Of a stretch of DNA of 35,449 bases, positions 1 through 8,177 are shown piece by piece. The translations under genes were made by a program, and so were the position numbers. The stretch is from Candidatus Micrarchaeota archaeon (GTDB taxonomy: Archaea; B1Sed10-29; JAJRYS01): NCBI GenBank assembly GCA_964643685.1, contig CAZXTN010000005.1:27260-62708 (forward strand), in the 5' to 3' direction. The number at the start of each line of letters is the position of its first letter. Position 1 is the stretch's first letter. The notes under the pieces were generated by a model that saw only the letters and a list, made by a program, of their open reading frames with translations, had not been told where the DNA came from and did no database searches.

Positions 1-207
1 AAGAAAAAAACAACTGCAAAGAAAAAAACAGTCAAAAAAGTTGTAAAAAAGAAAACAGCAGCAAAAAAGAAAACAACAAAGAAAAAAGTGGTTAGAAAAA
101 AAGTAACTGCAAAGAAAAAAACAGTCAAGAAAAAGGCAACAACAAAAAAGAAAACAACAAAGAAAAAAAGCGGTTGCAAGAAAAAGAAGACAACAAAAAA
201 GAAATAA
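1..207 (+). CDS. 3' end of a Lys-rich, histone H1/Hc2-like low-complexity protein or protein tail (partial, runs off the window)
   Basis: Frame +1 is open from base 1 to TAA at 205-207 and reads KKKTTAKKKTVKKVVKKKTAAKKKTTKKKVVRKKVTAKKKTVKKKATTKKKTTKKKSGCKKKKTTKKK. Varied synonymous codons argue for a coding sequence. Not in the ORF track because it lacks a start. Confidence 0.8.
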   Translation, partial: KKKTTAKKKTVKKVVKKKTAAKKKTTKKKVVRKKVTAKKKTVKKKATTKKKTTKKKSGCKKKKTTKKK

Positions 208-218
208 AAAACCTTAAA

Positions 219-269
219 GCATTGAAAAAGACGCTAAAGAAATCAATGCCCTTCTCTTTTTATTTTTTT
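219..269 (+). terminator. Putative terminator (7-bp hairpin followed by T-rich tract)
   Basis: GCATTGA (219-225) / TCAATGC (243-249) inverted repeat followed by CTTCTCTTTTTATTTTTT just after the stop at 207. Confidence 0.4.
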
Positions 270-327
270 AAGAAAAGCAATAAATATACTCCTTGTTTTT
301 TAAATTTAATTGAAGGTGAGGTTGAAA

Positions 328-1677
328 ATGGTTTCAAAAAAATATGAAAAGTTATTTCTTAAGAAGAAAAGTTTCTGGGAAGAAGCAAACGCAAGAGAGG
401 TAAAAAAGGCATTTGAATTTGCAGAAGAATACAAGGAATTTTTAAGCAAAGCAAAAGTTGAAAGAGAAGCAGTCAAAGAAATTGAAAAAACCGCTAAGAA
501 AAGCAAGCTGAAAAATTACATAAACAACAGCAAGTCGATAGTTATTGTTAAAAAAGGAAAAGAAAAATTGTCAAAAGGAATTAAAATCATTGCCTCGCAT
601 ATTGACTCTCCTCGACTTGACTTAAAACCGCATCCCTTATACGAAGACAACAGCTTAGCGCTGCTGAAAACGCACTACTACGGAGGCATTAAAAAATACC
701 AATGGGTAAACCATCTCCTTGCCTTGCATGGAGTTGTAATCCTAAAAGGAGGAAAAAAAGTAGAAATAGCAATAGGTGAAAAGGAAAACGAGCCTGTTTT
801 CACAGTGCCTGATTTGCTGCCTCACCTGGCTGACAAAAAACAAGGAGAAAGGAAGCTGCTTAAAGGAGTAACAGGGGAAGAAATGAACATTTTATGCGGT
901 TCAATCCCAGTGAAAGAAAAAAAAGTAAAAGAAAAAGTAAAAACAGCTGTCCTTGAAAAACTAAACAAAGAATACGGGCTAACTGAAATTGATTTTGTTT
1001 CAGCTGAACTGCAAGCAGTGCCAGCTGGAAAACCAAGGGACTTGGGCTTTGACAAGTCAATGATAGCAGGCTACGGGCAAGATGACAAGGCATGCGCTTT
1101 TGCTTCATTAAAAGCAATTGAAAAAGCAAAAAACAAAAAAACAGTCATTGCCGTGTTTTATGACAAAGAGGAAATAGGAAGCACTGGTATAACAGGAGCT
1201 CAATCAAGGTTTGTTGAACACGTAATTGAAGAACTCATAAAAGAAACAAAAGAAAAAACAACAGTGCTGGAAGTCATGAGCAACTCGGAAGCAATTTCAG
1301 CTGACGTAACAGCAGGAGTAAACCCAACTTATAAGGACGTGATGGATTCAAAAAATTCAGTATTAATAGGATACGGAATAGGGTTGGAAAAAACAACAGG
1401 GTATGGAGGAAAATATGATGGAAGCGAAGCACCAGCTGAATACATGCGCAGACTAATTGATTTGCTTGATAAAAACAAGATAAAATGGCAGACAGGAGAA
1501 CTTGGAAAAGTCGATGAAGGAGGAGGAGGCACAATAGCAAAATACCTCGCTCACTACGGAGTTAAAGTGATAGATGCAGGCCCACCAGTACTAAGCATGC
1601 ACTCGCCACTTGAAATAACAAGTAAGGCAGATTTATATGAGACGTACAAGGCATACAAAACCTTTTTAGAAAACTAA
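328..1677 (+). CDS. M18 family aminopeptidase (aspartyl aminopeptidase / ApeA-like)
   Basis: Motifs SHIDSPRL, HYYGGIKKYQW, GQDD, DKEEIGS, SADV, GGGGTIA and SMHSP. ATG 328 is preceded by an RBS-like GGTGAGGT (the ORF track starts at TTG 310). Confidence 0.93.
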   Translation: MVSKKYEKLFLKKKSFWEEANAREVKKAFEFAEEYKEFLSKAKVEREAVKEIEKTAKKSKLKNYINNSKSIVIVKKGKEKLSKGIKIIASHIDSPRLDLKPHPLYEDNSLALLKTHYYGGIKKYQWVNHLLALHGVVILKGGKKVEIAIGEKENEPVFTVPDLLPHLADKKQGERKLLKGVTGEEMNILCGSIPVKEKKVKEKVKTAVLEKLNKEYGLTEIDFVSAELQAVPAGKPRDLGFDKSMIAGYGQDDKACAFASLKAIEKAKNKKTVIAVFYDKEEIGSTGITGAQSRFVEHVIEELIKETKEKTTVLEVMSNSEAISADVTAGVNPTYKDVMDSKNSVLIGYGIGLEKTTGYGGKYDGSEAPAEYMRRLIDLLDKNKIKWQTGELGKVDEGGGGTIAKYLAHYGVKVIDAGPPVLSMHSPLEITSKADLYETYKAYKTFLEN

Positions 1678-1695
1678 AAAAAAGCAAAGTAAAGG

Positions 1696-1753
1696 AGAGG
1701 AGGAAAAGGAAAAGAACAGACCTAACCGTTGAATTGGTTCCCTCTCCTCCTCT
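1696..1753 (-). terminator. 16-bp purine/pyrimidine stem-loop between convergent genes
   Basis: Arms at 1696-1711 and 1738-1753. In minus-strand RNA they pair fully (two G-U pairs) around a 26-nt loop, followed by U-rich sequence. Confidence 0.55.
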
Positions 1754-1777
1754 TTCTTTAAAAAAACAAAGTTAAAT

Positions 1778-1981
1778 TCACTCCATTTTCAAAGTTCTGA
1801 AATTAATTTCAGGCCTGTTTGTATCTGTTTTTTTATAAGATTCAATAAGCTTGCGTGAAGCATCGCGCAAAGCATCTGAAACATTAGAGTAATAGCCGTC
1901 AAGAACCAATTGCTTAAGCTGCTGTTCCAACCTCTTAGGGACACGAGTGTGTATCACAATCGTCTTCTTTTCATCACTCAT
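1778..1981 (-). CDS. Ribbon-helix-helix (CopG/Arc/MetJ-type) DNA-binding protein, 67 aa
   Basis: MSDEKKTIVIHTRVPKRLEQQLKQLVLDGYYSNVSDALRDASRKL has an alternating beta strand, helix A, the G-Y-S-x-x-S-D/E turn and helix B typical of archaeal RHH proteins. ATG at 1981 lies about 25 nt downstream of a TTTATAAA box. Confidence 0.88.
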   Translation of the reverse strand: MSDEKKTIVIHTRVPKRLEQQLKQLVLDGYYSNVSDALRDASRKLIESYKKTDTNRPEINFRTLKME

Positions 1982-1990
1982 AATATTACA

Positions 1991-2084
1991 AAAGTATACT
2001 TTATTTATAAAATTAACTAAAGATAAGAAAAACAGCAAAGTAAGGTATACAAGAGTATACAAGAGTATACTAATTATTTATATA
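1991..2084. promoter_or_regulatory. Divergent promoter region with GTATAC operator-like sites
   Basis: Perfect palindrome AAAGTATACTTT at 1991-2002, TATA TTTATAAA at 2004-2011, GTATAC at 2045, 2055 and 2065 (10-bp period), and TATA TTTATATA at 2077-2084. Confidence 0.7.
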
Positions 2085-2108
2085 ATTTAGTTGATTTAAA
2101 GAAAGAAA

Positions 2109-2771
2109 ATGGGAATTTTGTCAAAATTAGCTGCATTTAAAAAAAGAAAAGGAGAGAACAAGAATAAATGGAAGGCATTTAAAACTGTTCCTCCAAGCAA
2201 AGAGATAGAGGATATAATGAAGAATCCTAAAATGTTTGAATTGAAGATAAAAGAAGCTGCTGATGAAGCAGAAAAACATAACTATTTATTAAGTTTGGGG
2301 GACCCTGAAGTGGAAGTTTATAGGTCAGTTGGAGTTGCAACAAAAGTTTTCAATACAAAAAAGTTAGGAGATAAGATTGCTTTTAATCTTATGAGGAAGG
2401 GGGTTAATCCAAGAATTGCAACAGAAGAAATGCTTAAATTCAACAGGTTTATGGGTTTAAGAGTCATTGCAGAGAGAGTTGAAAAAGAAGGGCTTGAAGC
2501 TGACAAAGAATCAAAAGAGTTAATAGATAAACTGCTCAAACTACAGATTGAAAAAATGCATGAATTAGCAAAAATGAGTGAAAAACAAGGGAAAATAAAT
2601 GAGAAGGAAATTGAGAAGATAAGGGGATTGGAAGAAAAACAGCTGGAATTAATGCAACAAGGAATGGAAGAAGCTGCAAAAATAGATGAGTCAATTGAAA
2701 AAGAATTAAAAAGGATACAACAAGAGGAAAAGCAGAAAGAAAAAGACAAATTCAGTTCAATGTATGTTTAA
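2109..2771 (+). CDS. Hypothetical helical/coiled-coil protein with basic N-terminus and C-terminal MYV
   Basis: 220-aa ORF with a TATA box about 25 nt upstream and an E/K/Q-rich helical C-half; no family recognised. Confidence 0.75.
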   Translation: MGILSKLAAFKKRKGENKNKWKAFKTVPPSKEIEDIMKNPKMFELKIKEAADEAEKHNYLLSLGDPEVEVYRSVGVATKVFNTKKLGDKIAFNLMRKGVNPRIATEEMLKFNRFMGLRVIAERVEKEGLEADKESKELIDKLLKLQIEKMHELAKMSEKQGKINEKEIEKIRGLEEKQLELMQQGMEEAAKIDESIEKELKRIQQEEKQKEKDKFSSMYV

Positions 2772-2829
2772 TTAATAAAAAAATGCTGACAAAAGGCTTT
2801 AATAACTCACTTATTCTAAAACTTAATTA

Positions 2830-3723
2830 ATGGAAATCACTTTTTTAGGCACAAGCGCAGGCATACCAACCAAAGACAGAAACACAACAGCGATTCACTT
2901 GAAATTCCTAGGCAACAGCTTGCTATTCGACTGCGGAGAAGGCACTCAAAGGCAAATGATGAAAGCAGGGCTTTCAATTCAAAAAATAAGCCACATCTTC
3001 ATATCCCACATTCACGCAGACCACTTGCTCGGCTTAGCTGGATTAATACAAACAATGGGATTCAACAGCAGAACAAAAGAACTGCACATATACGCTCCAA
3101 AAGAAGCAAGAAAATACGTGAACTTCTTCAAAAAATGGGATTACTTAAACTTAGGATATGAAATAAAATTCCATTCATTAAAACAAGGAACAATTCTTGA
3201 AACACAAGAATTCAAAATAAAAGCAGTGGAATTAAAACATGGAATACCCTGCTACGGTTTTGTTTTTGAAGAAAAAGTGGAAGTGAACCTTGACAAGAAA
3301 AAGCTGAAAAAATACGGGTTGAAAGAAAGCCCTCTTTTAAAAGAACTGAAGAAAAAAGGCAAAATCAAATTCAAAGGAAAAACAGTTTACTTGAAAGACG
3401 TTTCAACACAAAGAAGAAAACCCAAGAAGATATCAATAATAATGGACACAAAGCCTTTTGAAAAACTAGCTGAAGAAGTTAAAGAAAGCGATGTGTTCAT
3501 ATGCGAAGCAACTCACATGGATGAATTGAAACAAAAAAGCCATGAATACGGGCACATGACAGCAAAAGACGCTGCAACAACAGCAAAAAAAGCAGGAGTC
3601 AAAAAACTCATAATAACCCACTTCAGTTCAAGATACAAAGACGCGAAAGAACTGCAAAAAGAAGCTAAAAAAATCTTTAAAGAAACAGAAGCAGCTGAAG
3701 ACTTTTACACAATACAATTATAA
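2830..3723 (+). CDS. rnz: Ribonuclease Z (tRNA 3' endonuclease)
   Basis: FLGTSAGIP, DCGEGTQRQ, SHIHADH metallo-beta-lactamase motif, exosite arm, DT, EAT, GHMT and THFSSRY. Confidence 0.96.
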   Translation: MEITFLGTSAGIPTKDRNTTAIHLKFLGNSLLFDCGEGTQRQMMKAGLSIQKISHIFISHIHADHLLGLAGLIQTMGFNSRTKELHIYAPKEARKYVNFFKKWDYLNLGYEIKFHSLKQGTILETQEFKIKAVELKHGIPCYGFVFEEKVEVNLDKKKLKKYGLKESPLLKELKKKGKIKFKGKTVYLKDVSTQRRKPKKISIIMDTKPFEKLAEEVKESDVFICEATHMDELKQKSHEYGHMTAKDAATTAKKAGVKKLIITHFSSRYKDAKELQKEAKKIFKETEAAEDFYTIQL

Positions 3724-5370
3724 CTTGAATTTTTTCTTCAAATCAGCTTCGTAAACTTTCAAGCAAGGAAAGCCAATTGAAGAAGCATAAGTATTGAACT
3801 CAACAACACTCTCTCCTCTTTTCCTAATCTTTTCCTGCATTGCCTTAAGCTTCATTCCAAAAATAGAGTAACTTGGAGCATAGCCAGGCATTTCCTGAAA
3901 CAAGAAAATCTGATTATACACTGTCTTAGGAGCCATTCCTGTTTCCCTGCTAGCCCATTCAACAAACTTGTAAAGCGACTGCTTGTCCATGTTTATCCTA
4001 ACATCCCCAATTGCTCTGAGGAACCTTATTATGCGCCACTTGTAAATCATGAACTCCTCAACAAGAAGAAAAGTATCCAAGTCAGAATACTTCTTAATCA
4101 ATTTAATAAGCTTCTGCTCCTGCTTTGTCTTCTTTTTCTTCGCAAACAATTTCTTGAAATAAAGAAGAACTTCATACTCCCTGTTAAAAGAAATGCCTTC
4201 TGTTATCGGAAGCTCGAAACCAGCACCGTGCTTCTCAACAAAACTTAATTTCCTGACAAACTCAGTTGCAGTGTTTGAAAAATTCACGCAATGCCCGTAC
4301 TCCTCATGAGACAATGTGTTGATTAAATCGCTTATATCGCTCACAGGAGAGCCTTTCGTGTCAGTAGTTACGAAAAAAATGTTAAAAGGCTTTTTAGTGA
4401 AAGAATCAAAGGAATTCATAGCAGCAGTAGGCAAAAACACAGTCAAGTAATCAGGGGTTTCAATCAACTTAGTGTCATACTTCTTGTTAATTCTAACAAA
4501 TTCTTTTTCAGCAATAGGCTGCAGAATTTTTCTCACTTCCCTATTCACCCTTAGCAAGTCTTTCGGATTTATTTTACCTCTTCTCTTTATCTCCTCTTCA
4601 ACTTTTTCAGCTGTCGGCTTGCACTTGTAAACCTTCGCAAGTTCAACTACTGATTTTTTAAAAACAGGAAGCTCGTTGTAAAACCACTTCAATGCCTTTT
4701 TTTCAATTTCAGAAGCTGATTCAGGATAACCATAAACAATCTTCAACAACTTAGAGTAAATCCTATTCCTACCAAGCTTGCCTCCTTTCTTTTTCAAAAG
4801 AGGATAAACCTCTGAAAAATCACCTTTTTTCAAGCCCCTTACTTCAAAAGCTTTCTTATACTCATTTACTTTGTCAATCAGTCTCTTAATTTTTAACTTA
4901 AGAATCTCAGCTGAAACATTTGATTCAATCATTTCAAGCAATTCAATCAAGCCAATGCACTCAGCATTAACCATTACCTTTATCTCAAAAGCAGTTTTCT
5001 TTTTTAAAAACTTTTTCAAATACAAGTCAAGCAATTCAACAGAATAATCAACAAGAGAAGACAAATGCTGTTCATTGAAACCTTCTTTTACAATATGAGC
5101 AAAAAACACTCCATTAATTTCAGAAGGAGCATGATGAGGCTCGTCAACAGCTTCTTCCTTCAGCAAAAACTCCTTTGACTTCAAATAACAAATCACTTTC
5201 TTATCCCTTGTCCTGCTTCTTATTTTCTTCAAATTCAAAAGAGCCTTTTTCTTATTCTCTTTAGTTGGAAGAAAAAGCTTGCCAGCGCATTCATTAAAGC
5301 CATCTGTAAAAGCAGAACCAGGCTCAAACTCCTTGTAATACTCCAAAAGCAAAGAATCAACACTTTTCAT
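3718..5370 (-). CDS. DUF885-like putative zinc metallopeptidase
   Basis: HEEYGH, TEG...E, RAIGDVRIN and PGYAPSY occur in the order of the DUF885 motifs (HExxPGH, EGW..YAE, R..D.GIH, PGQA..Y). Confidence 0.7.
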   Translation of the reverse strand: MKSVDSLLLEYYKEFEPGSAFTDGFNECAGKLFLPTKENKKKALLNLKKIRSRTRDKKVICYLKSKEFLLKEEAVDEPHHAPSEINGVFFAHIVKEGFNEQHLSSLVDYSVELLDLYLKKFLKKKTAFEIKVMVNAECIGLIELLEMIESNVSAEILKLKIKRLIDKVNEYKKAFEVRGLKKGDFSEVYPLLKKKGGKLGRNRIYSKLLKIVYGYPESASEIEKKALKWFYNELPVFKKSVVELAKVYKCKPTAEKVEEEIKRRGKINPKDLLRVNREVRKILQPIAEKEFVRINKKYDTKLIETPDYLTVFLPTAAMNSFDSFTKKPFNIFFVTTDTKGSPVSDISDLINTLSHEEYGHCVNFSNTATEFVRKLSFVEKHGAGFELPITEGISFNREYEVLLYFKKLFAKKKKTKQEQKLIKLIKKYSDLDTFLLVEEFMIYKWRIIRFLRAIGDVRINMDKQSLYKFVEWASRETGMAPKTVYNQIFLFQEMPGYAPSYSIFGMKLKAMQEKIRKRGESVVEFNTYASSIGFPCLKVYEADLKKKFKL

Positions 5371-5463
5371 TAAATAAACAAAAAGAAAAACAAGTTAAAA
5401 AAACTATGCAATGAAAAAGGAAACAAAATGTTTATAACCCACTTTCTTTTTAATAAAACAAGT

Positions 5464-6240
5464 ATGAAAAAAGCATTTCTAATCATTTTACTAATAAGCA
5501 TAATGGCAACAGGAACGCTTGCAAAAACCCTGCTTAACCACGACATAATAATAGATGTTTCAAAAAAAGGAGCAGCAAGCGTTACCGAAAGATTCGTGTT
5601 CGGACTAGAAGGAGATGAGATAAAGCAATTTGAAGACATATCAGCAACAAGAACCAATGACCTAAACTCATGGCATGAATTCGACACCAGAATAAACAAG
5701 TACGTCGTCGGAAACTCCTCAGCTGTAAAAATAAGCACTACAAAAATAAGCCAAGGGCAATTTGGCTATGAAATAAAACTCGAGTACACAGTCAGCGAAT
5801 TTGCAAAGGAAGTGAAAACACAGGGAAGATATGAAATTTATGAAATCAACAGCTCCTCATTCCTTCTTTACCACAATGGCATATTCAGCTTACCTAAAAA
5901 CACGGACTTGACAATTTCACTCGACCCCTCAGTAACCCCAAAAGACATACTGGAGATAACACCAACACCCTGGACAACAATAAACAAACAAAGCTTCAAA
6001 TGGATAAGCGGAACATACACCAACATCTTCGTAATAAGGTATCAAATTGAAACAAGCATAAGCGAGGGGCTTACCTTAAGCAACATACTCAATTTCTTCA
6101 TAAAAAAACCAGAATACGGCGTTTCACTCCTAGTCATCATACTCCTTACAATCACTTACAGGAGACAAATAAGCGAATTAATTTCAGAATCATTTACAGG
6201 AGAAGAGACAATAGTACTGCCTAAAAGAAAAAAAGACTAG
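5464..6240 (+). CDS. Secreted, C-terminally membrane-anchored hypothetical protein
   Basis: Sec-like signal MKKAFLIILLISIMATGTLA, a beta-rich body and a hydrophobic helix YGVSLLVIILLTITY near the C-terminus. The ORF track starts at 5428. Confidence 0.75.
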   Translation: MKKAFLIILLISIMATGTLAKTLLNHDIIIDVSKKGAASVTERFVFGLEGDEIKQFEDISATRTNDLNSWHEFDTRINKYVVGNSSAVKISTTKISQGQFGYEIKLEYTVSEFAKEVKTQGRYEIYEINSSSFLLYHNGIFSLPKNTDLTISLDPSVTPKDILEITPTPWTTINKQSFKWISGTYTNIFVIRYQIETSISEGLTLSNILNFFIKKPEYGVSLLVIILLTITYRRQISELISESFTGEETIVLPKRKKD

Positions 6241-6617
6241 AAAAACTTCTTCTTCTTAATTTCTCCTCTCAACACTCCTTCATAAGGCAGCCCAATATGA
6301 GCACATAAATTCTGAACAGTAAAATCATCACTAACTACCTTGGCATTCAACTGAACAGCAAGAGCAACAACCTTCAAATCAGCTTCAGACAAATGCTCCA
6401 AACTGCCAACCTCATCAGCAATATTCTCAACAATTTTCAAAGAAACAGGGTTAACAAAACTAATTTTAAGCTTGCCAGAAGCAACAGCAGCTTCAGCCAA
6501 CTGCTTTGACTTAAAATCCTTCAATTCATCAATAACCTCCTGCACAGTAAAGCAATCCTCATCCCTGCTGAAAACAGAGTCGTTAATAAAAGCAGCTGAA
6601 TCAAGAACCAAAGTCAT
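6237..6617 (-). CDS. nob1: NOB1-type PIN endonuclease (16S rRNA 3' maturation), lacking the zinc ribbon
   Basis: VLDSAAFI, TVQEVIDEL, LSEADLKVVALA and SDDFTVQN match the NOB1 PIN motifs; the ORF ends at EIKKKKFF. Confidence 0.85.
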   Translation of the reverse strand: MTLVLDSAAFINDSVFSRDEDCFTVQEVIDELKDFKSKQLAEAAVASGKLKISFVNPVSLKIVENIADEVGSLEHLSEADLKVVALAVQLNAKVVSDDFTVQNLCAHIGLPYEGVLRGEIKKKKFF

Positions 6618-6679
6618 CACCTTTTTTAATACACTTCAACATAAATAAAAGTAAAGGATAAGCAAATAAGTGAAAAAAA

Positions 6680-8170
6680 ATGAACTTGAATAACCAAGAA
6701 AAAAAAATGCTAATAGCACTTAAAAAACAGCCACAGCAAACAACAAAAGAACTCCTGAAAAACACTGGAATGAAAGAGGGAGGAGTGAACAAAGCAATAG
6801 CATGGCTGAAAGAGAAGGGATTAATTGAAACAACAGAATCAATCAATGAAAAATATGAACTAGACAAAGAAGGAAAACAATACTTAAAAGAAGGGCTTCC
6901 TGAAAGAAGAATACTTGAAAAAATAAAAAACAAGCCAATGAAAATAAAAGAACTCATAAAAGAGCTAGGAGCAAACACAGTAAAAATAGGAAGCACATGG
7001 CTGAGAAAACTAAATGCAGGAATGATAATACAAGGAGAAATACAAATAACCCCCACTGGAAAAAAATACCTTGAAGAAAAAATGCCCCTTGAAAAAGCGC
7101 TTGAAAAAATAAGCAAAGGAGAAAAACCAGCACAAGAGGAAATAAGCCAGCTGAAAAAAAGAGGAAAAACAATCAAAGTAATAGAAGAAAAAACAACAAC
7201 AATTGAACTCACAAAAAAAGGAACACAAGTAGCGTCAACTGACTTAAAAGTAACAGAAGAAATTTCAAAGATAACCCCTGAGATAATAAAAACAAAGCAA
7301 TGGAAAAACAAAAAAATAAGAAAATACGACGTATCAGCCCCTGCTCCGACAATTTATCCTGGAAAAAAGCAGATTTACTTCGATTACTTGGATGAAGTCC
7401 GCGAAAAAATGATAGCAATGGGCTTCAAAGAAATGAAAGGAAACATAGTGCAAACAGAATTCTGGAACTTCGACGTCTTATTCCAACCCCAGAGCCACCC
7501 AACAAGAACAACAAGAGACACTTACTACCTAAAAGCACCAAAGCAAGGGGAGATCTTTGAAAAAGAAGTTCTTGAAAAAGTCAAACAAGCTCATGAAAAA
7601 GGAATAGACGGAAGCGCAGGCAGAAGAGAAGAATGGAGCGAAACAAAAGCAAAAAACCTCATACTCAGAAGCCACACAACCTGCCTTTCCATGAAAACAC
7701 TTTACGAAAATAAAGAATACCCATTAAGATATTTCAGCATCGGAAGAAACTTCAGACGCGATGTAATAGACGCGTCCCACCTGCCTGAATTCAATCAGCT
7801 TGAAGGAATAGTAGCAGATGAAAGTTTAACATTAAGGGACTTGCTTGGACTGCTTGAAACATTCGCGACAGAAGTAGCAGGAATCAGGAACAAGAAGGAC
7901 ATAAAATTCAAAGCAGCTTACTTCCCATACACAGAACCTTCAGTTGAAATATTCGCAAGGCACCCGACAATAGGATGGATGGAACTAGGAGGAAGCGGAT
8001 TGTTCAGGCCAGAAGTGTTAAAACCAATAGGAGTAGAAGTACCTGTAATAGCCTGGGGACTAGGAGTAGGCAGGCTTGCAATGTTCGCCTTGGGACTAAA
8101 GCACATAAAAGACTTATACTCTCAGGATTTAAAATTGCTGCAGGAAAAAAATTACTTAAGGCAAATGTGA
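6680..8170 (+). CDS. pheS: Phenylalanine--tRNA ligase alpha subunit (archaeal type)
   Basis: N-terminal DNA-binding-fold extension; FWNFD.LFQPQ.HP, LRSHTT, FRRD..DASHLPEFNQ, YFPYTEPS and AWGLGVGRLAM. Confidence 0.97.
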   Translation: MNLNNQEKKMLIALKKQPQQTTKELLKNTGMKEGGVNKAIAWLKEKGLIETTESINEKYELDKEGKQYLKEGLPERRILEKIKNKPMKIKELIKELGANTVKIGSTWLRKLNAGMIIQGEIQITPTGKKYLEEKMPLEKALEKISKGEKPAQEEISQLKKRGKTIKVIEEKTTTIELTKKGTQVASTDLKVTEEISKITPEIIKTKQWKNKKIRKYDVSAPAPTIYPGKKQIYFDYLDEVREKMIAMGFKEMKGNIVQTEFWNFDVLFQPQSHPTRTTRDTYYLKAPKQGEIFEKEVLEKVKQAHEKGIDGSAGRREEWSETKAKNLILRSHTTCLSMKTLYENKEYPLRYFSIGRNFRRDVIDASHLPEFNQLEGIVADESLTLRDLLGLLETFATEVAGIRNKKDIKFKAAYFPYTEPSVEIFARHPTIGWMELGGSGLFRPEVLKPIGVEVPVIAWGLGVGRLAMFALGLKHIKDLYSQDLKLLQEKNYLRQM

Positions 8171-8177
8171 TGACAAA

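Noticed and set aside
1696-1753. Archaeal SECIS element
   Set aside because: A GAA is present on the minus strand, but the GAA/A internal loop with three G-C pairs does not form cleanly and the adjacent genes have no in-frame UGA.
1778-2771. Classical type II toxin-antitoxin pair
   Set aside because: The genes are divergent rather than co-transcribed, and ORF 2109 shows no PIN, RelE, MazF or HEPN motifs.
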